Part shown: positions 43,096 to 54,900 of the stretch, piece after piece
How the letters are laid out: every line of letters starts with the position of its first letter
Numbering within the stretch: the first letter of the stretch is position 1
Origin: Eledone cirrhosa
Taxonomy: Eukaryota
Assembly (NCBI GenBank): GCA_964016885.1
Contig: OZ024742.1
Span: 306,714,001 to 306,778,000 of the forward strand
Reading direction: 5' to 3'
Length of the DNA: 64,000 bases
Program-made: the position numbers and the translations under genes
The notes under the pieces: generated by a model
Told to the model about the DNA's origin: nothing
The model's database searches: none
What the model saw: only the letters and a program-made list of their open reading frames with translations

Positions 43096-43453
43096 TAGAT
43101 ACATCGGAGAATCAAAACAATAACATCAATAATAAAAGATAATAAAATATAATAATAAAGAAGTTAGAATGAAGATGATAAAGATGTAAAAAATAAGTAA
43201 AAAATAAGTTTTAAAAAAAAATATATATATATATATGTCAACATGTATGGAGCTGTTATTTTTATCTAAAGACATTTTTTCAAATTCCATCCCGCCCGTC
43301 CCCTCTATCTATCTTATTTCTCAATCTTTCTTCTGATGAAGGACTAGCGTCCGAAGTGTTAAGACCCTCTTCCTTTTGTTTTTCAGCGTTAACCTAATAT
43401 ATCCCTTCCATATACTGTACCGATTGTGTTGTTATTTCTGTTTACCTTTTACA

Positions 43454-43488
<35 letters not shown>

Positions 43489-43836
43489 AGTAATAATAAT
43501 AAATTTGAGGATTAAAATCCAAAGAGGGCTCGATAAGAATAAATATATATCGAATATATAAAAACCGTAGAGCAAATATTTATTAAAATAACAGATTAAA
43601 GTTTAAGCAAAGAATCGCTGATTTCACCCTTAACGGTATCTTCTGAAAGATTATATATATATATATATCTTCTGAGTTTCAGAAGATCCCGTGAAGGGTG
43701 AAATCAGCGATTCTTTGCTTAAACTTTAATCTGTTATTTTAATAAATATTTGCTCTACGGTTTTTATATATTCGATATATATTTATTCTTATCGAGCCCT
43801 CTTTGGATTTTAGTCCTCGAATTTATTATTATTACT

Positions 43837-43875
<39 letters not shown>

Positions 43876-44233
43876 TGTGAAAGGTAAACAGAAATAACAA
43901 CACAATCGGTACAGTATATGGAAGGGATATATTAGGTTAACGCTGAAAAAAAAAAGGAAGAGGGTCTTAACACTTCGGACGCTAGTCCTTCATCAGAAGA
44001 AAGATTGAGAAATAAGATAGATAGAGGGGACGGGCGGGATGGAATTTGAAAAAATGTCTTTAGATAAAAATAACAGCTCCATACATGTTGACATATATAT
44101 ATATTTTTTTTTTTTTTAAACTTATTTTTTACTTATTTTTTACATCTTTATCATCTTCATTCTAACTTCTTTATTATTATATTTCATTATCTTTTATTAT
44201 TGATGTTATTGTTTTGATTCTCCGATGTATCTA
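43096..44233. repeat. ~1.1 kb composite palindrome made of two different hammerhead-bearing tails and a (TA)n tract per arm
   Basis: 43096-43650 is the reverse complement of 43676-44233 with a few mismatches. The spacer contains (TA)n. Confidence 0.92.
43329..43364 (+). ncRNA. Minimal hammerhead-like motif with a mutated GAAAC (copy at ~43965-44000 on the minus strand)
   Basis: tctt-CTGATGA-a-ggac-tagc-gtcc-GAAG-tg-TT-aaga. Confidence 0.6.
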
Positions 44234-44239
44234 CAAGGT

Positions 44240-44400
44240 GAAGGCGCATGGCTTAGTGGTTGGAGCATTGGCCTTGCAATCGAAAGGTTGTGAGTTCAAT
44301 TCTCGGACCGGGTGATGTGTTGTTTCCTTGAGCAAGACACTTTATTTCACGTTGCTCCAGTTTACTCAGCTGTAGAAATGAGTACCGGCCTGCCCGCCCA
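44240..44400 (+). mobile_element. tRNA-derived SINE with a CORE-like domain
   Basis: A box tggcttagtgg, B box gagttcaattc, then ccttgagcaagacacttt...ctcagctgtagaaatgagtacc. Confidence 0.75.
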
Positions 44401-47123
44401 GCCAGTGGGATGGCGTTATCTTATGGCTAAAATAGCACGACGTGCCAGCGGCGCCGATTGGTGCCCCACAGACTGGTCGGTCTTATTATATCACCTCGGT
44501 CAAGGTGATATAATAAGACCGCCATCGACATGAACTAAGGTCATTCATTTGCCACATTGTTTGAACTAACTATTGTAGATTAAAATCTATGTAACCTCTT
44601 ATTCTATACACACGTCTAACCTGAATGTAAGTCAAAGGTTTACAATGATGGTTTCCCACTCAATGAACCAATCAGATGTTGTCAATGGCTATGTTATCAC
44701 AGCATCTCTGTATCCTTTTTAAATATTTTAACTAGAGGTGTGTACTCTTACCTGTTGTTTTCCTGTTTGTTTTTGTGCAGCATTCGGCCAGACCACAAAT
44801 CATTCTCTAGCAATGCCTAGTTGGTTCAGCCGCTGTGTGTATTCGTTACATTGGACTATCTCATCCGTTGTTATTTGCCGCTTAAAACGTCCACTCATTC
44901 TTCTAAATATATTGCTCTCAGTGTTGCATTGATTTATATTTAGTGCTTCACTTTATTCTTCATAAAATTGGTTTAGTTTGATTTGGTTTTGTTTGGATTC
45001 AAACTGATTGCTTTCTTGAATGTTTAATGTCGCTTTACATACCAAGGGACTGTTTTGCGATTAAGCGGGAACCTCTTGTTTTACGGATTCATTGTTTTGA
45101 ATAATAATCTTATTTTTATTTTTTTTTGGGGGGGGGGAATATTTATCTCTCATCTGTTTTCCTTTTCGTTATAGATTTCATTAAAGATTGACATTTATTT
45201 TCGCGTATTTTAAATAGTTTTTGTATATCTATTGACCATGTTGTTTGCTTTGGTTTTAATATTCTTATGTTAGTAAAACTAAACAATTACCCATTTTTTA
45301 TTTTAACTACAGATGCATAGTTTGTCATTTAACTTAATGATATTAATATCCACATCTGTTTTAATTAAGCATGTCATGCCCAAGATTTATTATATGCGGT
45401 AGGCATTTCAGGAATAACTGTGTAAATGATTATACAAGTGTATTCTTGGCATATTATTTTTTTAGACACGATGGTGGTGTATGGTTAAAAGTTGGCTCAG
45501 CAAGCTTATTTGGTCTTTGATTTTACTGCGCATCACTTTGATAAAGTGTCTTCTATGATTACTTTAGGTAGATCCAAATCATATGAATGAAATTGGACAC
45601 CTGGACCCCTTCCTAGAGGATTTTACCTGATATATGGAGGTTTTATTCACTCTTTTCCCCAGTAGTATTGGACACCCTACAATGGTAATGAACACTGCTT
45701 TTCTTTCTTTCACTAATAAATAAAACAAAATATTACTTTTATTATCTTTTTGTCTCGTTCCTCTGGGGTTTTTATTGCATATATATAAAATTAATATTTT
45801 CTCTCGAAACATTAGTCAAATTTCATTCCCAAACACATAACATATTATATTTTAAATTGCTTTCTTGATTTATGTGAAAAATGGTTTTAAAATTTTCATA
45901 TAGTTTTATTTGCTTTTTTATTTGTTTTTGTTGTTGTATTTTGTTTGTTTTGTTTTTCAATCATAGTTTTCAGTTGGTTTCTCATTTCTCGTTTTTGTTT
46001 TGACTATTTTTATTTTTCCTTTTTCTTACTTCTTATTTTCCTGCTTTCAAATAAAGTCAGTTTTGTTTACCAGGACACATCGACAGCCATGCTGGAGTTT
46101 ATCCAAATTTTTCAGATTTTAACTGTTTGCTATATATCATTTCGACCTGAATAAAATGTCTCGTTATATTTTTTTTATTTACCATTTTTCACAATATAAT
46201 TATTCTGGGTTTACAGCAACAACACCACCAACAACAGACTACATTCTATTTCTTTCTCTTAAATATTTTGGACCTTGTGGCTTGGTAAGAAATCAATATA
46301 ATAGACATACCACTGTATAGAAATATAACCAGTGATATGTAGATGTTCTAGAATCCATTTGAAGACCAAGACCACCCATAATGCTATTTAGGAAAGAAAA
46401 TAAACTTTTATAGCCACATATTCCATACAATATAAAATTATTTGTCTGATCAAATGCATACCAACACAAACTAAGATAAATCAAGAGCGTCAAATTTGTA
46501 AGAATGAGACTTCGTTTCAATTGTGGCCGTTTCAATTCGTATGGCTGACACATCTCGTTGTTTTTCAGTTTTGTTTCAGGCCTTGTGTATACCATAGAAA
46601 GAGAAAACATCTATGGTCAATTAGCTATTTCAGTCCTTGAAACAAATATATATACCGTTACATTAATTTTCTTTTATTTCTTAATAGTAAACTCCCTCAT
46701 ACTTCTGCAACAATGTTACTGATATAATTCCAACATTCAATTAGACATAAGATTTGGACGAGTGAACGTTTTATATAGTTAAAGAATAGTCAAGACAAGC
46801 ACAGAGATACAAAACCACAAAGCTTTATTAGTATGTGGACAGAATGGAGAACGTGTTTCTCCGGGGGATGGTAGAGGCATTCCATCTCGCAAGACTCACA
46901 CATGCAGCTGGCCAGCTCAGCTCACGAAATTATTAGCCATGCAGCCATGCTTGTGACAATACTATATTTAGTTGATATATTTGGCAACGTTGAAATAATT
47001 TCTTTACACTATTTCTAGTCATAACATAATTGGTGAGGAACAGTTTACATTCATTGACTAAACACCTACTTTTGTAACTTCTGCTTATTCTCTACGCATT
47101 TGTTCATAATTTTTTCCCTCAAA

Positions 47124-47245
47124 TTCTTCTTCTTCTTCTTCTTCTTCTTCTTCTTCTTCTTCTTCTTCTTCTTCTTCTTCTTCTTCTTCTTCTTCTTCTT
47201 CTTCTCCTCCTCCTCCTCCTCCTCCTCCTCCTCCTCCTCCTCCTC
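47124..47245. repeat. (TTC)n-(TCC)n microsatellite
   Basis: Direct reading. Confidence 0.97.
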
Positions 47246-48397
47246 TTTATTCGCTTTCTGCTTTCATCTTGTTTTTATCATTTTTATTGCTTTAATATTG
47301 TTCCATTGTTTTCCCCATATATTAAACTTTGTTAGACTTTGGCACCCTTAATTATCTTTAATTCTTTTATTCCGATTTGTTTATCGTCTTCTTCTCTGCA
47401 ATCTATATTTTCATCTGAGATCTTCTTCAAATTAAACGTTCTTCAAATAAACTAGCACCGGGTTTCTTAAACATATTCTACTCGTCAGACAAACAGTTTC
47501 CTCCTACATATTCGACTGTGTTTTTCACGAAGTAGTTAAAACCTAATTTCCATTAATTTCCGTTCTTCCTTTATAATAGTTTCTTCTTTTTTATTTGCTT
47601 TCATTTTATTGTATGTTGATTAATTATATATTTGTGTATTTCACCTTTTATTTCGTACTTCCTTCCTTAAAGTAAATATTATCTAGTATACAGACACCCT
47701 CTTTTTTCTTCTCTTATTTATTATAACCCTGTTTTTCCTCTTTCCGCTTTCTCTTTAATGTACATAGCCATTTTAGAAATTTTGAAAATTTTCATTTTCT
47801 CAGCTGGTATTTATTGAATGTCAATCATTTGAAATAATTATTTGAAAATAATGCTGTTATTCTTTTCTAATGGTGACAGGAAAGCTAAGAATGGGGCTAT
47901 AGGTGTTAGAAGCTGGAGGAAAAGTTAAATGATGCAACAAGGCTCTTGAGTATGATGGTTGTGATGATAGTAATGCTAGTGGTGCTGGCAAAAGGTGTGT
48001 ATTAGTGACTGTCAGTGAGTGATGACGGTGCGTTCACTCCGGTTGCCAATGGAGATGTCTATTGTGATAACTGGAAAAGGGGTGATAGTAGCTGTAGTAG
48101 ATGATATTGATACTGTTATTGATGATGATGATTTGCATATTGATTGTATTATTACTAATATTATTTCATATCCTGTCGCGTTTCGTTGTGCCTTTCATAA
48201 TTAGGGAATGAATAAACACACTGGGGTTGATTTAATCGATTTTGTTTAGAACAATCAATTTTCGACTTGTGCCTAAATCAGGAACCATTATTAATATTAT
48301 TTCGGCATGCTGGTACTAGAACATAATGAGATGGAATGGACTTGTATCGGGAAAATATGCTTCTAAACAATTATTTTACAACTTTTAGTTTGAATTG

Positions 48398-48577
48398 TTT
48401 CTACTATTGGCACAAGGCCAGCAATTATTCCAGTGCATTACCTGTACTTTATTTTATCGACCCCGTAAGGATGAAAGGCAAAGTTAACCTCGGCGGGATT
48501 TGAACTCAGACAATAAAGGGGCATAAATCTATACTGGAAAGCATGGCGTCCGACCCTCTGCCGATACTGCCAATCCA
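48398..48577 (-). mobile_element. tRNA-derived SINE (same family as 9089)
   Basis: Reverse-complement match to 9089-9272. A partial plus-strand copy lies at ~48180-48290. Confidence 0.85.
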
Positions 48578-49683
48578 CAAGATATTAATATTGTTTGGTT
48601 TGTTGCAATTAACCTACTACAGTAGAATGTTAATTTATTGCCTGCCCTTCTAGCAATATACGAACACATTTATGTATCTATTCCACTAACTATCTTCGCT
48701 GAGACAATTTTTTTTTTTTTTGTGGCATAAGGTCGTTATTTGAATCTATACCTTGTTTAGATCAACTATGTTAAGCTTATATTTGTACTAAACCACGTTT
48801 GCACGCATTCTGTTCAGCATATTACTTTCTGCAACTATTGTATTTCTGTCAGTTATTGAAATGATTCTGCTAGCAAAGCAGGATGGCATGCATAGAGTTG
48901 ATCTTGTATGTGAACAGATGAAATGTGATGGGCTCTAGCACTAATCGGCAAGAGGAAACTTTAATAGAAGTTACATACAAATCTCTGTTAGCCAGATGCG
49001 TTGGACGTTGATTCATAATTGAAGATTAATTGGCAATTTAACCTTCTGACTATATTAATTTTAATTAGTTCTTGACACCTTCTAAAATAAGCACAACATT
49101 TCCCTCTTCAAATAAAACTAATTGATATTATGAACAATCTCAACATTTCTATTTATATAAAATTCTGTGTGTCTATACCTTATCTACTTATGTTGTGAAT
49201 ACCTTATCCTTTAGATACTTTATACAGACACAGAGTCAATACATCTGTCAATGAAGCGTATCGTTGTGCAGAATATAAGGTTTTGTCTTTTTAGTTTAGC
49301 TTCCCGCTACTTCTAACAAAGGCGTTTTCAAAGACTAAAAATCCTTAAATTACTATTATTTTAGTTAATGAATCAGTAAATTCAGAGGTCAAATGTGAAG
49401 ATGAACAATGACATATATGAAGTAAAACTTTCAAAGAAGGCAAGAAAAAAGTGCAATTTGGGGACAGAACGCTTCATTGGGAAAATATTTAATAGTGGAT
49501 AGATTTTGTGTTGCCCTGCTATGTTGTGACAGAATAAAGGTAGCTGAGTTAACGAAGAGGAATAATGTGTTTGTGGGGGGATACACTTGCATACATACAT
49601 ATATACAGGGTGTCCCAAACACATCAGCAGCATTGTAATCAAAGTGTGTATATATATATACATGTGTGTGTGTATGCATATAC

Positions 49684-49727
<44 letters not shown>

Positions 49728-49747
49728 ATCTGCATACACACAAACAC

Positions 49748-49795
<48 letters not shown>

Positions 49796-50257
49796 GTTAT
49801 TCCGGGTTGAATCGGAGGTAACCACAGTAAGTAAGGGACTCAATACATTGCAGAGTATAAGAGTTTTAATATACATGAGATTCTACAAGACTAGAACTGT
49901 TTCATTCTTTAGAAATCATCAGGAATCTGGGTATCAACTTTCAAACACTTTAAGCCAGTGTTAAAGCCCGATGGCTAAAAACGACCTCCTCCTATTGGTC
50001 CCTATACCTCCTTCCCACCCTACCCCCCACCCTCCTCAACCTGAAATACGGCCACTATGGTTATGTGAGTACCTCTTAACTATCTGCATTTTCTGCCTGT
50101 AGAGCTGTTTTTATGTGCCTGTGTATATGCGTATATTTATTGAGTACTTATTTATTTGTATGTGTATATATTTGTGTGTATGTGTGTATATGTATGTGTT
50201 GTATATGTATGTGTATGTATGTGTATGTGTGCACATTTGTATGTGTATATGTGTGTA

Positions 50258-50343
<86 letters not shown>

Positions 50344-50529
50344 AGCTAACAAGCTTGAAACTAGTACATCGTTCCTGTATCAGTGTTGAACAAAAAGGTG
50401 ACGTGGTTGCCTTAACACCGTATGGCATAAATTCGGGCTGTTCAGTTTGTTTACAAACGAACAAAGCGACGTTAGCGCCGCTAAACTGATACGTGCATAT
50501 ATGTATGTGTACCTGTATGCATATGTATA

Positions 50530-50560
<31 letters not shown>

Positions 50561-50725
50561 GTATATGTGCATGCTACTGTACGTCTGTATACATATATGT
50601 ATGTACGTATACATGCATACTTACATTTAAGTAAGTGCCATACTAAGAGTGAGAAATGAAATTTCGTTTTCATTTTGTTTCAATTTATCGTTTTCGGTAT
50701 GCCTAACCGATTTAACTCACTCAAT

Positions 50726-50733
50726 ATGCAAAT
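50726..50733 (+). promoter_or_regulatory. Octamer motif ATGCAAAT, once per array unit
   Basis: Exact consensus match ~110 nt upstream of each predicted cleavage site. Function is unproven. Confidence 0.35.
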
Positions 50734-50806
50734 TAGGCTGCTCAGCCGTTAATTTTCATAAGGAAAGTATATACTTTCGAACGTTCAACTATCTGGCAGA
50801 TGGGTA

Positions 50807-50851
50807 AACGGTGCTGATGATAGCTAACAAGCTTGAAACTAGTACATCGTT
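50807..50851 (+). ncRNA. Type I hammerhead ribozyme (first complete copy; repeated in every unit)
   Basis: Stem I aacggtg/catcgtt (one G-U); CTGATGA at 50814-50820; stem II t-agct-aaca-agct-t; GAAA at 50835-50838; palindromic ACTAGT stem III; GTA triplet, with predicted cleavage after 50844. Confidence 0.88.
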
Positions 50852-51483
50852 CCTGTGTCAGTGTTGAACAAAAAGGTGACGTGGTTGCCTTAACACCGTA
50901 TGGCATAAATTCAGGCTGTTCAGTTTGTTTACAAACGAACAAAGCGACGTTAGCGCCGCTAAACTGATACGTGCATATATGTATGTGTACCTGTATGCAT
51001 ATGTATATATATGTGTATATATATATATATATATATGTATATGTGCATGCTACTGTACGTCTGTATGCATATATGTATGTACGTATACATGCATACTTAC
51101 ATTTAAGTAAGTGCCATACTAAGAGTGAGAAATGAAATTTCGTTTTCATTTTGTTTCAATTTATCGTTTTCGGTATGCCTAACCGATTTAACTCACTCAA
51201 TATGCAAATTAGGCTGCTCAGCCGTTAATTTTCATAAGGAAAGTATATACTTTCGAACGTTCAACTATCTGGCAGATGGGTAAACGGTGCTGATGATAGC
51301 TAACAAGCTTGAAACTAGTACATCGTTCCTGTGTCAGTGTTGAACAAAAAGGTGACGTGGTTGCCTTAACACCGTATGGCATAAATTCAGGCTGTTCAGT
51401 TTGTTTACAAACGAACAAAGCGACGTTAGCGCCGCTAAACTGATACGTGCATATATGTATGTGTACCTGTATGCATATGTATA

Positions 51484-51514
<31 letters not shown>

Positions 51515-51961
51515 GTATATGTGCATGCTACTGTACGTCTGTATACATATATGTATGTACGTATACATGCATACTTACATTTAAGTAAGTGCCATACTAA
51601 GAGTGAGAAATGAAATTTCGTTTTCATTTTGTTTCAATTTATCGTTTTCGGTATGCCTAACCGATTTAACTCACTCAATATGCAAATTAGGCTGCTCAGC
51701 CGTTAATTTTCATAAGGAAAGTATATACTTTCGAACGTTCAACTATCTGGCAGATGGGTAAACGGTGCTGATGATAGCTAACAAGCTTGAAACTAGTACA
51801 TCGTTCCTGTGTCAGTGTTGAACAAAAAGGTGACGTGGTTGCCTTAACACCGTATGGCATAAATTCGGGCTGTTCAGTTTGTTTACAAACGAACAAAGCG
51901 ACGTTAGCGCCGCTAAACTGATACGTGCATATATGTATGTGTACCTGTATGCATATGTATA

Positions 51962-51992
<31 letters not shown>

Positions 51993-54900
51993 GTATATGT
52001 GCATGCTACTGTACGTCTGTATACATATATGTATGTACGTCTACATGCATACTTACATTTAAGTAAGTGCCATACTAAGAGTGAGAAATGAAATTTCGTT
52101 TTCATTTTGTTTCAATTTATCGTTTTCGGTATGCCTAACCGATTTAACTCACTCAATATGCAAATTAGGCTGCTCAGCCGTTAATTTTCATAAGGAAAGT
52201 ATATACTTTCGAACGTTCAACTATCTGGCAGATGGGTAAACGGTGCTGATGATAGCTAACAAGCTTGAAACTAGTACATCGTTCCTGTGTCAGTGTTGAA
52301 CAAAAAGGTGACGTGGTTGCCTTAACACCGTATGGCATAAATTCAGGCTGTTCAGTTTGTTTACAAACGAACAAAGCGACGTTAGCGCCGCTAAACTGAT
52401 ACGTGCATATATGTATGTGTACCTGTATGCATATGTATATATATGTGTATATATATATATATATATATGTATATGTGCATGCTACTGTACGTCTGTATGC
52501 ATATATGTATGTACGTATACATGCATACTTACATTTAAGTAAGTGCCATACTAAGAGTGAGAAATGAAATTTCGTTTTCATTTTGTTTCAATTTATCGTT
52601 TTCGGTATGCCTAACCGATTTAACTCACTCAATATGCAAATTAGGCTGCTCAGCCGTTAATTTTCATAAGGAAAGTATATACTTTCGAACGTTCAACTAT
52701 CTGGCAGATGGGTAAACGGTGCTGATGATAGCTAACAAGCTTGAAACTAGTACATCGTTCCTGTGTCAGTGTTGAACAAAAAGGTGACGTGGTTGCCTTA
52801 ACACCGTATGGCATAAATTCAGGCTGTTCAGTTTGTTTACAAACGAACAAAGCGACGTTAGCGCCGCTAAACTGATACGTGCATATATGTATGTGTACCT
52901 GTATGCATATGTATATATATGTGTATATATATATATATATATATGTATATGTGCATGCTACTGTACGTCTGTATACATATATGTATGTACGTATACATGC
53001 ATACTTACATTTAAGTAAGTGCCATACTAAGAGTGAGAAATGAAATTTCGTTTTCATTTTGTTTCAATTTATCGTTTTCGGTATGCCTAACCGATTTAAC
53101 TCACTCAATATGCAAATTAGGCTGCTCAGCCGTTAATTTTCATAAGGAAAGTATATACTTTCGAACGTTCAACTATCTGGCAGATGGGTAAACGGTGCTG
53201 ATGATAGCTAACAAGCTTGAAACTAGTACATCGTTCCTGTGTCAGTGTTGAACAAAAAGGTGACGTGGTTGCCTTAACACCGTATGGCATAAATTCGGGC
53301 TGTTCAGTTTGTTTACAAACGAACAAAGCGACGTTAGCGCCGCTAAACTGATACGTGCATATATGTATGTGTACCTGTATGCATATGTATATATATGTGT
53401 ATATATATATATATATATATGTATATGTGCATGCTACTGTACGTCTGTATACATATATGTATGTACGTATACATGCATACTTACATTTAAGTAAGTGCCA
53501 TACTAAGAGTGAGAAATGAAATTTCGTTTTCATTTTGTTTCAATTTATCGTTTTCGGTATGCCTAACCGATTTAACTCACTCAATATGCAAATTAGGCTG
53601 CTCAGCCGTTAATTTTCATAAGGAAAGTATATACTTTCGAACGTTCAACTATCTGGCAGATGGGTAAACGGTGCTGATGATAGCTAACAAGCTTGAAACT
53701 AGTACATCGTTCCTGTGTCAGTGTTGAACAAAAAGGTGACGTGGTTGCCTTAACACCGTATGGCATAAATTCAGGCTGTTCAGTTTGTTTACAAACGAAC
53801 AAAGCGACGTTAGCGCCGCTAAACTGATACGTGCATATATGTATGTGTACCTGTATGCATATGTATATATATGTGTATATATATATATATATATATGTAT
53901 ATGTGCATGCTACTGTACGTCTGTATGCATATATGTATGTACGTATACATGCATACTTACATTTAAGTAAGTGCCATACTAAGAGTGAGAAATGAAATTT
54001 CGTTTTCATTTTGTTTCAATTTATCGTTTTCGGTATGCCTAACCGATTTAACTCACTCAATATGCAAATTAGGCTGCTCAGCCGTTAATTTTCATAAGGG
54101 AAGTATATACTTTCGAACGTTCAACTATCTGGCAGATGGGTAAACGGTGCTGATGATAGCTAACAAGCTTGAAACTAGTACATCGTTCCTGTGTCAGTGT
54201 TGAACAAAAAGGTGACGTGGTTGCCTTAACACCGTATGGCATAAATTCAGGCTGTTCAGTTTGTTTACAAACGAACAAAGCGACGTTAGCGCCGCTAAAC
54301 TGATACGTGCATATATGTATGTGTACCTGTATGCATATGTATATATATGTGTATATATATATATATATATATGTATATGTGCATGCTACTGTACGTCTGT
54401 ATACATATATGTATGTACGTATACATGCATACTTACATTTAAGTAAGTGCCATACTAAGAGTGAGAAATGAAATTTCGTTTTCATTTTGTTTCAATTTAT
54501 CGTTTTCGGTATGCCTAACCGATTTAACTCACTCAATATGCAAATTAGGCTGCTCAGCCGTTAATTTTCATAAGGAAAGTATATACTTTCGAACGTTCAA
54601 CTATCTGGCAGATGGGTAAACGGTGCTGATGATAGCTAACAAGCTTGAAACTAGTACATCGTTCCTGTGTCAGTGTTGAACAAAAAGGTGACGTGGTTGC
54701 CTTAACACCGTATGGCATAAATTCGGGCTGTTCAGTTTGTTTACAAACGAACAAAGCGACGTTAGCGCCGCTAAACTGATACGTGCATATATGTATGTGT
54801 ACCTGTATGCATATGTATATATATGTGTATATATATATATATATATATGTATATGTGCATGCTACTGTACGTCTGTATACATATATGTATGTACGTATAC

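Noticed and set aside
44240-44312. tRNA gene
   Set aside because: The A and B boxes are followed by a SINE core domain and the cloverleaf is poor, so it is a SINE head.
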